Part shown: positions 1 through 8,617 of the stretch, piece by piece
Layout of the letters: every line of letters begins with the position of its first letter
Numbering within the stretch: position 1 is the first letter of the stretch
From: an uncultured Clostridia bacterium
Lineage (GTDB): Bacteria > Bacillota > Clostridia > Christensenellales > Borkfalkiaceae
DNA: 64,000 bases
Direction of reading: 5' to 3'
Assembly (NCBI GenBank): GCA_944363045.1
Contig: CALVTT010000002.1
Location: 14,474 to 78,473 of the forward strand
Translations under genes and position numbers: made by a program
The notes under the pieces: generated by a model
What the model was told of the DNA's origin: nothing
What the model saw: the letters and a program-made list of their open reading frames with translations, nothing else
Database searches by the model: none

Positions 1-48
1 TATGTATTTTTCGCTAAAATAAGGGGAACAACATTGAGGAGAAGAACG

Positions 49-1293
49 ATGGGGAAAGTCGTTGTCATCGGCGGGGGAGCCGCTGGGCTCATGGCGGCCT
101 ATGCCGCAGGCAGCGCAGGCGCCGAAGTAACTCTTTTGGAAAAAAACGAGAAGCTCGGCAAAAAGATATATATCACGGGAAAAGGCAGGTGCAATCTCAC
201 CAACGACTGCCCGCCCGATGAGTTTTTGCAAAACGTCGTCCGCGGCGGCAAATTTCTGACGGGCGCCGTGTGGTCCTTCCCGCCCGAGGACATGATCTCT
301 ATGTGCGAGCACTTTTCCATGCCCGTCAAAGTAGAGCGGGGGAACCGCGTCTTCCCCGTCTCCGATCACGCGAGCGATGTGACAAAAATGCTCGAACACG
401 CCTGCCTTTCGGTGGGAGTAGACATTCATTTGCACGAATATGTGCAGAAAATCGGCGATTTGCATAGTACTATGCGTGACATAATAACAGACAAATCGGT
501 CTATCCCTGCCATTCTGCCGTCATAGCGACGGGCGGGCTCTCCTATCCGTCTACGGGCTCCACGGGCGACGGGCTGCGGTTTGCCGAGGAACTCGGCCAC
601 AAAATCGTGCCCTGCGTGCCTTCGCTCGTCGGGATCAACTGCAAGGGCGATTTTAAGGAGCTTCAAGGCATCTCCTTAAAGAACGTCTGCCTGTTTGCAA
701 AGCGCGGCGGCAAAGTTATTTTTTCCGAGCAGGGGGAGATGCTTTTCACGCACTACGGCATCAGCGGGCCGCTCGTTCTGACGCTCTCCGCCCGCATCAA
801 CCGCCTTCCTCTCAACGAGATAACCCTTTTCCTCGATCTTAAGCCGGCTCTCAGTGCTCAAATGCTGGACGCCCGCCTCGTACGCGATCTTACGGAACGC
901 AAGAACGAACAGCTCAAAAACGTGATGCGCGGGCTCCTGCCCGCCGCCCTCTGCCTGCCCGTACTCTCCGCCGCCGAAATAAGCCCCGTCAAGCAAGCCA
1001 ACGCTTTGACAAAAGAGGAGCGTGCCGCCCTCGTCTTTGTCCTCAAAAATTTCCCCGTCCAGCCCGTCTCCCTGCGCGGCTTTGAAGAGGCCGTCGTCAC
1101 ATCGGGCGGGGTCGATCTCAAGGACATCTCATCCAAAACGATGATGAGCAAACTTGCCCGCGGCGTCTTCTTTGCAGGGGAAGTGCTCGACGTCGATGCC
1201 TACACGGGCGGCTTCAATCTGCAGATCGCTTTCTCGACGGGAAGAGCCGCCGGGCTCGCCGCCGCAGAATATGCGGGAAATTTTGCCGAATGA
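49..1293 (+). CDS. NAD(P)/FAD-dependent oxidoreductase, HI0933/BaiN-like flavoprotein
   Basis: ORF 34..1293. It has the dinucleotide-binding motif VVVIGGGAAGLMAA, GGLSYPSTGSTGDG, and the C-terminal GEVLDVDAYTGGFNLQ typical of the HI0933 family. ATG at 49 has GAGGAG 7 nt upstream; the track start at 34 is TTG. Repeat copy 461-486 lies in frame. Confidence 0.85.
   Translation: MGKVVVIGGGAAGLMAAYAAGSAGAEVTLLEKNEKLGKKIYITGKGRCNLTNDCPPDEFLQNVVRGGKFLTGAVWSFPPEDMISMCEHFSMPVKVERGNRVFPVSDHASDVTKMLEHACLSVGVDIHLHEYVQKIGDLHSTMRDIITDKSVYPCHSAVIATGGLSYPSTGSTGDGLRFAEELGHKIVPCVPSLVGINCKGDFKELQGISLKNVCLFAKRGGKVIFSEQGEMLFTHYGISGPLVLTLSARINRLPLNEITLFLDLKPALSAQMLDARLVRDLTERKNEQLKNVMRGLLPAALCLPVLSAAEISPVKQANALTKEERAALVFVLKNFPVQPVSLRGFEEAVVTSGGVDLKDISSKTMMSKLARGVFFAGEVLDVDAYTGGFNLQIAFSTGRAAGLAAAEYAGNFAE
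461..486 (+). repeat. Palindromic element copy 1 (TGCATAGTACTATG-CGTGA-CATAATA), in frame inside the flavoprotein CDS
   Basis: It is identical over 23 nt to the copy at 11211-11233. It contains the self-complementary 12-mer CATAGTACTATG. It is read as TTG CAT AGT ACT ATG CGT GAC ATA ATA = LHSTMRDII. Confidence 0.9.
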
Positions 1294-1294
1294 T

Positions 1295-1323
1295 TTGACT
1301 TTATGCGCACTTTCCGATATAAT
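1295..1323 (+). promoter_or_regulatory. Sigma-A type promoter for aroH-cmk (TTGACT-17-TATAAT)
   Basis: TTGACT at 1295-1300, a 17-nt spacer, and TATAAT at 1318-1323. The ATG at 1358 has a GAGGAA Shine-Dalgarno sequence. Confidence 0.55.
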
Positions 1324-1357
1324 AAAGCCATACGAATGATATAGTGAGGAACAGAAC

Positions 1358-2365
1358 ATGACGGTGATACGCGGCGCGACGACGATCGCAGAGGACAACC
1401 CGGAAGAGATCAGAAAGGCGGTCAAAGAACTCATCGACCAAACAGTGAGCCGCAACTTTCTGCACCGCGACGAAATTTTGAGCATCGTCTTTTCCAGCAC
1501 GTCCGATATCCACTCCTATTATCCCGCCAAAGCGGCACGGGAGGCGGGCTATGCATCGAGCCCGCTCTTCTCCGCCCAGGAACCGGACATCGAGGGGGGA
1601 CTGCCTCTCTGCATCCGCATCATGCTCTTTGTCGAAAAAAACATAGAGCCGCACCATGTATATCTCCGCGGGGCGCGCGCCCTCCGCAAGGACATCGCCA
1701 CCAAGATCAACATCGCCATCGACGGGCCTGCGGGAAGCGGCAAATCGACGATGGCAAAGGCGCTCGCCAAGAGCATGAATATCCTCTATCTCGATACGGG
1801 CGCCATGTACCGCGCCTGTGCGCTCAAAGCGCTCAAAGAGAACGCCGACATCGGAGACGAAACTGCGATCATCGACTGCCTCCGCGACCTCTCCCTGGAG
1901 ATCAGGTACGAGGAGGGCACGCAGCACACCATTCTCGACGGAGAGGACGTTTCGGAACGCATCCGCGAGCCCGAAGTCTCGATGGCGGCCTCCACGGTAT
2001 CGCAGTATCCCGCCGTGCGCCTCAAAATGGTGGAAAAACAGCGCGAGATCGCCGATAAAATGTCCTGCGTTTTGGACGGCAGGGATATCGGCACCTTTGT
2101 GCTGCCCGAAGCCGACTTCAAATTTTTCCTTACCGCCGATCCCAAAGTCCGCGCGCAGCGCCGCTATGACGAGCTCGTCGCCAAGGGCTATGCCGTCGAT
2201 AAAGCGGAACTCGAGAAGGAGATCGTCCGCCGTGACGAGCAAGACTCCTCCCGCGCTTTCGCGCCCTTGAAGCAGGCGGAGGACGCCGTGCTCATCGATA
2301 CTTCCCGCATGACGCCCGAAGAAGTGCTCGATGAGATCAAGCGGAAGATCCAGGAGAAGATCTGA
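1358..2365 (+). CDS. cmk: Fusion protein: AroH-type chorismate mutase (N-terminal ~115 aa) + cytidylate kinase
   Basis: N-terminus MTVIRGATTI...FPAKAAR...CIRIMLFV matches the monofunctional AroH fold of B. subtilis. From about residue 118, INIAIDGPAGSGKSTMAKALA..LDTGAMYRA is the Cmk P-loop and N-terminus. It is a single uninterrupted 335-aa ORF. Confidence 0.8.
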   Translation: MTVIRGATTIAEDNPEEIRKAVKELIDQTVSRNFLHRDEILSIVFSSTSDIHSYYPAKAAREAGYASSPLFSAQEPDIEGGLPLCIRIMLFVEKNIEPHHVYLRGARALRKDIATKINIAIDGPAGSGKSTMAKALAKSMNILYLDTGAMYRACALKALKENADIGDETAIIDCLRDLSLEIRYEEGTQHTILDGEDVSERIREPEVSMAASTVSQYPAVRLKMVEKQREIADKMSCVLDGRDIGTFVLPEADFKFFLTADPKVRAQRRYDELVAKGYAVDKAELEKEIVRRDEQDSSRAFAPLKQAEDAVLIDTSRMTPEEVLDEIKRKIQEKI

Positions 2366-3105
2366 TGAAAGAGAGCCCTGCGGCGGCACAGAAGAACGCC
2401 GCCAAAAAAAATCAAATCGATGTAAAAAAACAGGAACACGTCAGGCTCTTCCCCGCCAATAAAGAGGGGTACCATAAGATGCCCGTCATGGACTTTCTGC
2501 GCGCCGTTTTTTATCCCATCCACGCACTTTTGTACCCCTTCAAGCTGTACGGGTATAAAAAGGTCGGTCCCGGGCCATATATCTATGTCGGCAATCACTA
2601 CTGCCTGTGGGACGTATTTTTTCCCGCTCATACGACGAAGGACGGCATCCATTATCTCGCCAAAGAGTCTATCATGCGCGCGCCCATTCTCGGCAGCTGG
2701 GCAAAGAAGGTGGGGGCGATCGGCGCCATGCGCGACGGCACCGACGTGCATACCCTGATGGATTCCATGCGCGTCCTCAAAAACGGGGAAAAGCTCTCCA
2801 TGTTCCCCGAAGGCACGCGCAACAAGACGGGCGGAGACGAATTTCTGCCCTTTCACGGGGGAGCCGCGCTCCTTGCCGTCAAGACAAAGACGCCCGTCAT
2901 CCCTTTTGTCATTTGTGAACCGCCCAAACTCTTCCGTAGGACGCACGTCGTCTTCGGCGAACCTATAGAACTGACGCAATTTTACGACCGTAAACTCACG
3001 CCTGCCGACTACGAAGCGGCGGACGAACTGCTCAAAAACAAACTCTACGAACTGCGCAGCCAATTCCGCGCCGAACGGGCAGCCAAAAAGAAAGGAAAAA
3101 AATAA
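2365..3105 (+). CDS. plsC: 1-acyl-sn-glycerol-3-phosphate acyltransferase
   Basis: Acyltransferase motifs GNHYCLWD (NHxxxxD) and FPEGTRNK are present. The ATG overlaps the cmk stop (ATGA). Confidence 0.8.
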   Translation: MKESPAAAQKNAAKKNQIDVKKQEHVRLFPANKEGYHKMPVMDFLRAVFYPIHALLYPFKLYGYKKVGPGPYIYVGNHYCLWDVFFPAHTTKDGIHYLAKESIMRAPILGSWAKKVGAIGAMRDGTDVHTLMDSMRVLKNGEKLSMFPEGTRNKTGGDEFLPFHGGAALLAVKTKTPVIPFVICEPPKLFRRTHVVFGEPIELTQFYDRKLTPADYEAADELLKNKLYELRSQFRAERAAKKKGKK

Positions 3106-3106
3106 G

Positions 3107-5230
3107 ATGCAGGTGCTGCTCGGAAAATACTGCGGATTTTGCGCCGGCGTAAGGAAGGCGGTGGAGACGGCGCTTTCCGTCTATCCCGAAAACGCCTTTA
3201 TCTTGGGGGAGATCATCCATAACCCTGACGTCGTGGAGCGCATCCGTATGCGGGGCATACCCACCGTAGAGAGCGTCGCCGAAGTTCCCGACGGAGCGAC
3301 CCTCCTCATCCGTTCGCACGGTGTGGGCAAAGCCATTTACGAAGCCTGTGCCGCGCGCGGGATCGTCATCGTCGACTGTACCTGTACCTTCGTGCAGCGT
3401 TCACAGCGCATCGTCCATGAACAGAGCTCTTTGGGCAGGACGGTCGTCATCATCGGCCATCCCCGCCATCCCGAAACGATCGGGCTTCTGGGGTGGGTCG
3501 CGGAAGGGGGGGAGGCATATGTCTTCTCTTCCCCGGATGACGATTTTAGCATTTTACGCGATAAAAATATATCCGTTGTGGCACAAACGACCTTTTCGGA
3601 GCAAAGTTTTTCGCAAACGTGCGAAAATCTTCGCAAAGTGTGTCAAAAAACAGTTGAGATTTTCAAGACGATTTGTTATACTACTGTATGTCGGCAGCGT
3701 GAGGCTCAGGAGATCGCTCGCCGAGCGGACGCTGTCCTCGTCATCGGCGGGAAAAACAGCAGCAACACCGGGAAATTATACGAGATCGCATCCAAGAACT
3801 GTGCCCATGTCTATTGGCTGCAAAACACGGAAGCGTTCGAGTATGAAAAAATTAAATTTTTTAATAGGGTAGGCGTCATTGCGGGAGCAAGCACTCCCGA
3901 TTGGCAAACTCAGGAGGTTCTTTTTAAGATGGAAGAAAGCAACGCGGAAGTTCAGGCAACGACAATGCAGGATGTCGTTGAGGAGATGGGCAAAGAGGAG
4001 CGGTATAAGAGAGGGCAGATGATCACTGCCAAGATCGTATCCGCTACGGACGAAGGGGTCTATGTGTCCGCTTCGGGCAAACTGGAGATTTTGCTCCCGA
4101 AAGAAGAGCTTGACTGCGAAACATACAGCCGTGAAGAGTATGCGGCAAAAGTCGGTGAAGAGATCGAAGTCATCGTGATGGAGGTCACCCCTCGCGTGAA
4201 GCTGTCCCAGAAGATGGTGAAAAAGCTCCGTGAAGAGGAGGAGATGCTCAAAGAGATCGAGGACGGCAAGGAATTCTCCGTCATCTGCACGGGTTTCAAC
4301 AAGGGCGGGCTCACTGCAGAGCTCGGCACCTATCCCGTTTTCGTTCCCGCCAAAGAGATCCGCTCCGGTTATGTGCGCGATCTTGAAAAGTATGTCGGCA
4401 AGAAGCTTCGCTTAAAGATCCTTGAGATCAGAAAGGAACGCAGAAAGGAGATCATTGCTTCCCAGCGCGTCATTCTCGAAGCGGAAAAGGAGGCCCGTGA
4501 GGCAGCCAAAGCCGCCAAGGAAGAAGCTTTCTTTGATTCCATCCATGCCGGCGACGTCGTGGAAGGCAAAGTGGAGCGCGTGACCAACTTCGGCGCATTT
4601 GTCTCCGTCAACGGGTTCGACTGCCTCGCTCACATCTCCGATCTTGCATGGTCGGGCGTCAAGAACGTCACCGATGTGCTGGAGATCGGCAAGCGCTATC
4701 AGTTCAAAGTGCTCAGCGTCGACCGTGAGAAGAAGAAGGTATCCATCGGCTATAAGCAGCTGCAGCCCCAGCCTTGGGATCTTGCGGCAGAGAAATATCA
4801 CGAGGGCGACATCGTCCACGGCAAGGTCGTGCGCATCGTCTCCTACGGTGCATTTGTTGAGCTTGAAAAGGGCATCGACGGGCTCGTCCACGTTTCCCAG
4901 ATCTCTCACGAATGGCTCGACAATCCCACTTCCGCCCTCTCTATCGGGGAAGAAGTGGACGCAAAGATCCTTGCTTTCAATCCCGATGAAAAGCGCATCA
5001 CGCTCTCCATCAAGGCGCTTCAGCCCAAGCCCGAGCAGGAATACCGCACCGATCGTGCCGACCGCGGCGACCGTGAAAACGGGCGCGCCAAGGGCAAGAA
5101 GGGCGGCAGAAAGAACTTCAATGCTCCCGAAGGCGAAGAGGACGAGTACAGAGAGTGGAAGGAAGGCGGCTACGGCGGCGCTTCCATCGCGGAACTCCTT
5201 CACCGTGAGGGTGAGGACGAGGAAAACTGA
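3107..5230 (+). CDS. ispH: Bifunctional 4-hydroxy-3-methylbut-2-enyl diphosphate reductase (IspH/LytB) / ribosomal protein S1-like (four S1 domains)
   Basis: The N-terminal ~280 aa are IspH (GFCAGV, TICYTTVCRQ, GGKNSSNT). The remainder is repeated S1 OB-fold motifs (G..V.G.V..V..FGAFV). This is a known clostridial fusion architecture. Confidence 0.9.
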   Translation: MQVLLGKYCGFCAGVRKAVETALSVYPENAFILGEIIHNPDVVERIRMRGIPTVESVAEVPDGATLLIRSHGVGKAIYEACAARGIVIVDCTCTFVQRSQRIVHEQSSLGRTVVIIGHPRHPETIGLLGWVAEGGEAYVFSSPDDDFSILRDKNISVVAQTTFSEQSFSQTCENLRKVCQKTVEIFKTICYTTVCRQREAQEIARRADAVLVIGGKNSSNTGKLYEIASKNCAHVYWLQNTEAFEYEKIKFFNRVGVIAGASTPDWQTQEVLFKMEESNAEVQATTMQDVVEEMGKEERYKRGQMITAKIVSATDEGVYVSASGKLEILLPKEELDCETYSREEYAAKVGEEIEVIVMEVTPRVKLSQKMVKKLREEEEMLKEIEDGKEFSVICTGFNKGGLTAELGTYPVFVPAKEIRSGYVRDLEKYVGKKLRLKILEIRKERRKEIIASQRVILEAEKEAREAAKAAKEEAFFDSIHAGDVVEGKVERVTNFGAFVSVNGFDCLAHISDLAWSGVKNVTDVLEIGKRYQFKVLSVDREKKKVSIGYKQLQPQPWDLAAEKYHEGDIVHGKVVRIVSYGAFVELEKGIDGLVHVSQISHEWLDNPTSALSIGEEVDAKILAFNPDEKRITLSIKALQPKPEQEYRTDRADRGDRENGRAKGKKGGRKNFNAPEGEEDEYREWKEGGYGGASIAELLHREGEDEEN

Positions 5231-5247
5231 TCGTCATTTTGATCGTA

Positions 5248-5278
5248 AGCGCTGCGGCTTGATGCCGCAGCGCTTTTA
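5248..5278 (+). terminator. Rho-independent terminator after ispH-S1
   Basis: An 11-bp stem AGCGCTGCGGC / GCCGCAGCGCT with loop TTGAT is followed by TTTAT. Confidence 0.7.
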
Positions 5279-5388
5279 TGCTTTCCGTTTATGCACTTTT
5301 CCGCCTGCAAACGAGTTCCCGCGCACTTTGGAGCGAGTGAAAGGGGAGTGAATTTCTCGTGCGGTTTTGTTTCCCTCTTGTCAATCGG

Positions 5389-5417
5389 TTGATTTTTCGC
5401 CGCGTTTCCGATATAAT
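5389..5417 (+). promoter_or_regulatory. Sigma-A type promoter (TTGATT-17-TATAAT), -10 ends 6 nt before ATG 5424 (leaderless candidate)
   Basis: TTGATT at 5389-5394 and TATAAT at 5412-5417. Only ATCACT separates the -10 box from the ATG, and there is no SD. Confidence 0.5.
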
Positions 5418-5423
5418 ATCACT

Positions 5424-6113
5424 ATGAGCTATGTCATCCAACTTGCAGCAAGTTTCCTTGCCGTCGTCGTAGTGCTCACGCTTCATGAGTTTGCACATTC
5501 CTTTGTCGCCGTCAAGTGCGGCGATCCCACACCCAAATGGAACGGGCGGCTCACATTGAATCCCCTCAAGCATTTCGATCTCGTGGGGCTCATTTGCTTT
5601 GCCTTCGTCGGCTTTGGCTGGGCAAAGCCCGTCCCCATCAACCCCAATAACTTCAAAAATTACCGCACGGGGATGGCGCTCACGGCCTCGGCGGGCGTTC
5701 TCATGAACTATCTGACGGCGTTTCTCGTCTATCCCGTCTACATGGCCGTCAGCAGTTATCTCTATCACATCCTGCCGACCCCCGTCTATTCTATCCTCCT
5801 CTTCCTTTGCTATTTCATCTTTGCATACAGCCTCTCTTTCTGCGTCTTCAACCTGCTGCCGTTCTATCCGTTGGACGGCTTCCGCGTCGTCGATGCCCTC
5901 AACAAGCGCCGCGGCAAGGTGTTCCGCTTCCTGCGCCAATACGGGCACTATATCCTGCTCTTCCTCATTGCAGAGAGCTTTATCTGCAATCTCTTTGTCC
6001 GCTTCGGCGTCTATCAAATGGATTATTTTAACATCCTCGGTTGGGTGATGCAGTTTGCTACCGACATCCTCGGCTGGCCGATCACAAAGCTGTGGGGGCT
6101 CATTCCATGGTAA
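5424..6113 (+). CDS. Site-2 protease family (peptidase M50) membrane metalloprotease
   Basis: It has an HExxH motif (HEFAHSFV) in a multi-TM protein. ATG 5424 (MSYVIQLAASF) is preferred over the TTG at 5367, which lacks a correctly spaced SD. Confidence 0.75.
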   Translation: MSYVIQLAASFLAVVVVLTLHEFAHSFVAVKCGDPTPKWNGRLTLNPLKHFDLVGLICFAFVGFGWAKPVPINPNNFKNYRTGMALTASAGVLMNYLTAFLVYPVYMAVSSYLYHILPTPVYSILLFLCYFIFAYSLSFCVFNLLPFYPLDGFRVVDALNKRRGKVFRFLRQYGHYILLFLIAESFICNLFVRFGVYQMDYFNILGWVMQFATDILGWPITKLWGLIPW

Positions 6114-6901
6114 ACCGCGAAAATTTTGAATCGACGGTCGACTATACGACGGTTTTGAGCAATTTTGAAGGACCGCTCGACCTTCTCCTCTTTCTCATCA
6201 ATAAGGAAGAGATCGAGATCAAGGACGTCTTTGTCTCACAAGTCACGGAGCAATTTCTCACCTATATGCGGGGGCTTCCCTACCTCGACGTGGACAAGGT
6301 GAGCGACTACCTCAACATCGCCGCCACCATCCTCAAGATCAAGGCGCAGAGCCTCGTGCCCAACCTCGAAGAAGATCCCGAGATCGACATGGAGATCGAG
6401 GAGGACAAGGCGGAGCTCATCCGCGCGATCGAGGAATTCCGCCTCATCAAGGAGGAGACTAAAAAGCTCAAGGAGATGGAGACCATCGGCTACTTTTTTA
6501 AGGAGCCCGATAAGCACGTCGGCGAGACGCGCACCGTCTTCTCCCTCGACAATCTCACGTTGGACGGGCTGGTGAACGCCTTCTCCAAGCTGCTCATCAA
6601 ACAGGAATATGCAAAAGCGCAGGACGAGGTGCGTGAGATCCCGCGCGACGAATACACCGTCGAAGAAAAGATCCAATTTGTGATGGAAACGTTGGAAGGG
6701 GGCGGGAGCGTTCGCTTTGAGCAGCTCTTTACAAAGGATCATACCAAATCGGAGATCGTAACGACCTTCCAAGCCATTTTAGAACTTTTGAAATATCAAT
6801 TTCTGCGCGTCAGGCAGAACGAGACGTTCGGGGAGATCGTTCTCTCCGTCAACCCCGACCGCAAGGAGGAGCCAATTGGACAAATTGACCAATACGATTG
6901 A
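6107..6901 (+). CDS. scpA: Segregation and condensation protein A
   Basis: FEGPLDLLLFLI...EIEIKDV is the ScpA N-terminal signature, and scpB follows. The ATG at 6107 overlaps the M50 stop. Confidence 0.85.
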   Translation: MVNRENFESTVDYTTVLSNFEGPLDLLLFLINKEEIEIKDVFVSQVTEQFLTYMRGLPYLDVDKVSDYLNIAATILKIKAQSLVPNLEEDPEIDMEIEEDKAELIRAIEEFRLIKEETKKLKEMETIGYFFKEPDKHVGETRTVFSLDNLTLDGLVNAFSKLLIKQEYAKAQDEVREIPRDEYTVEEKIQFVMETLEGGGSVRFEQLFTKDHTKSEIVTTFQAILELLKYQFLRVRQNETFGEIVLSVNPDRKEEPIGQIDQYD

Positions 6902-7598
6902 GGCCGTGCTGTTTGCCTCCGGCAAAGCCGTGCCGCTTGCCGATATCGCGGAAAAACTCAATGCGACCAAAGGGGAAGTCAAGCAAGCCCTCGAAGAACT
7001 GAAAGAAAAATACGGCGAAGAGGGGGGCATCCAGCTGCTACTCTTTAACGGCAAGGCGCAGCTCGGTTCCAACCCGCTCTACAAAGAGAGCGTGGAGGCC
7101 GTCCTCAATCCCATCCGCGAAAAGGAACTCACGCGCACCATCTTGGAGTGCGCCGCGATCGTTGCCTACAAGCAGCCCATCACCAAGACGGAGATCGAGC
7201 TTTTACGCGGGCTCAACAGTGATTATGCCGTGCGCGTCCTCTTAGAGCTCAATCTCATCACACCCTGCGGCCGCAAAGATGCCGTGGGGAGGCCCATCCT
7301 CTATGCAACGACGGATGAATTCTTAAAACGCTTCAAACTGCACTCTCTCGAGGATTTGCCCGACTACGACGCCCTGATGGCAGCCATCGGGCGAAGCGAG
7401 GAACACGACAGCTACCTCTATGCGCGCGATGAGTACCACGATGAAACGGCTGCGGCCGATGCGGCTGCGGCAGCAGGGGAGACGCCGCCTGAAGATGCTC
7501 TCAATGCCGCCCCCCGCGAGGAAACGACGAGCGACGGCTATGAGATCCCCGACTTCTTGAAGGGGTTAGACGAGACGGATATCGTCAAAATTTCCTGA
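6876..7598 (+). CDS. scpB: Segregation and condensation protein B
   Basis: IEAVLFASGKAVPL...AYKQPITKTEIE..RG and GRPILYATT are ScpB motifs. The TTG start has AAGGAGGAG just upstream. Confidence 0.85.
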   Translation: MDKLTNTIEAVLFASGKAVPLADIAEKLNATKGEVKQALEELKEKYGEEGGIQLLLFNGKAQLGSNPLYKESVEAVLNPIREKELTRTILECAAIVAYKQPITKTEIELLRGLNSDYAVRVLLELNLITPCGRKDAVGRPILYATTDEFLKRFKLHSLEDLPDYDALMAAIGRSEEHDSYLYARDEYHDETAAADAAAAAGETPPEDALNAAPREETTSDGYEIPDFLKGLDETDIVKIS

Positions 7599-7611
7599 AT
7601 ACATCAAACAG

Positions 7612-7635
7612 CGCTCCCTCGGCGGGAGCGTTTTT
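7612..7635 (+). terminator. Rho-independent terminator after scpB
   Basis: Stem CGCTCCC / GGGAGCG with loop TCGGC is followed by TTTTT. Confidence 0.7.
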
Positions 7636-7721
7636 GCGTCCATAGGCTGCAAGAATATTTTCACCGTCCCGCTTGAGCTGTGCGGCCTCATAATTTTTAC
7701 GAACCGGTACATAATGAGGAT

Positions 7722-8270
7722 ATGGACGGGCCGACGATCTTTGCTCTGTCTGCGGGAATGTTGTTGCTGCTGTTTTGCCCGATCTCCGTGACGGCATATA
7801 TGCACCTTGACGGAAGGTCGCGGAAGCTGCAGTTTGCCGCACGGCTATATAACAGCCTCCTCCTTGCGGGAGGATATTCCGAGGCGAGAGCAGAGGGGAT
7901 CGCCGTACATCTGTCCCGCAAAAAGGCGCTCATCCTTCCCTACGGGCAGATGTTAAAAGCGCGGCCTGACTTCAACAAGCTGCGCGGATTTCATATCAGA
8001 GAGATCGGAGCGGTCGCCGAAACGGGCACAAGTACGGCAGGCATATTGCTTGCAGCTGTACTCCTGACGGCAGGAAGCGCAGTGGGAAAGATATTCCGGG
8101 CAAAAGGCCGCGCCTATCGCTGTGATGTGCTGCTCTCGTCGGCGCATCATTTGTCCTTCGCGGCACAGATCAAGATCGCATTCGATCTCATGACCGTGCT
8201 CGTCCTTGTTGTAAAACTCGCATTGGAGGCATTGATCGTATGGATAGAACACAAAAAGTCGACGACCTGA
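7722..8270 (+). CDS. Hypothetical membrane protein (possibly YtfI/DUF2953-like, by position upstream of the ytfJ/gerW homologue)
   Basis: ORF 7680..8270 has a hydrophobic N-terminus and no motif I recognise. The call rests on synteny with the B. subtilis ytfI-ytfJ pair. The start is uncertain (GTG 7680 or ATG 7722). Confidence 0.4.
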   Translation: MDGPTIFALSAGMLLLLFCPISVTAYMHLDGRSRKLQFAARLYNSLLLAGGYSEARAEGIAVHLSRKKALILPYGQMLKARPDFNKLRGFHIREIGAVAETGTSTAGILLAAVLLTAGSAVGKIFRAKGRAYRCDVLLSSAHHLSFAAQIKIAFDLMTVLVLVVKLALEALIVWIEHKKSTT

Positions 8271-8617
8271 TCGAAGGGGCGGCAGAGCGCCTTACAAAGC
8301 TCATTGACGTAGATACCGTCATCGGCAAACCCGTCTTTTCCACGAGCGGGGCGCAGATCATCCCGCTTACCAAAGTCACAATGGGATACCTCTCGGGAGG
8401 AGGAGAGTACGGGGAAGCAAAAGTACTCAAAGAGGATGAGAGCGCTCCCTTCGCAGGCGCCGCAGGCACAGTAGTCAGCATGAAGCCCGTCGGTTTTCTC
8501 ATCGACGACGGCACGACCTGCCGCCTCGTGCAAATAGGCGACGGCCCGCTCGACCGAGTCATTGAAAAAGCCGGAGAACTGATCGACCGCATCGCCCGCA
8601 AAAATGCTCAGACTTAA
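8240..8617 (+). CDS. ytfJ: Sporulation protein YtfJ / GerW family
   Basis: VDTVIGKPV...IIPLTKVTMGYLSGGGEYG is the GerW/YtfJ signature. Confidence 0.8.
   Translation: MDRTQKVDDLIEGAAERLTKLIDVDTVIGKPVFSTSGAQIIPLTKVTMGYLSGGGEYGEAKVLKEDESAPFAGAAGTVVSMKPVGFLIDDGTTCRLVQIGDGPLDRVIEKAGELIDRIARKNAQT

Noticed and set aside
449-499. AAATCGG direct repeat flanking element copy 1 (449-455 and 493-499), a possible target-site duplication
   Set aside because: The repeats are 44 nt apart, not a multiple of 3. A simple insertion-plus-duplication would therefore have broken the reading frame, so this is probably chance.
1301-2389. 362-aa minus-strand ORF opposite aroH-cmk, and similar 200-400-aa antisense ORFs throughout (e.g. 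24745..25896, 34847..36079, 55151..56227, 21417..22439)
   Set aside because: The reasoning is the same in every case. The opposite strand encodes a recognisable conserved protein, and the antisense translation is compositionally biased.
3676-3697. TTATACTACTGTATGTCGGCAG in ispH resembles the palindromic element
   Set aside because: It needs gaps and several mismatches to align. It also encodes the conserved IspH motif TICYTTVCRQ, so the similarity is coincidental.
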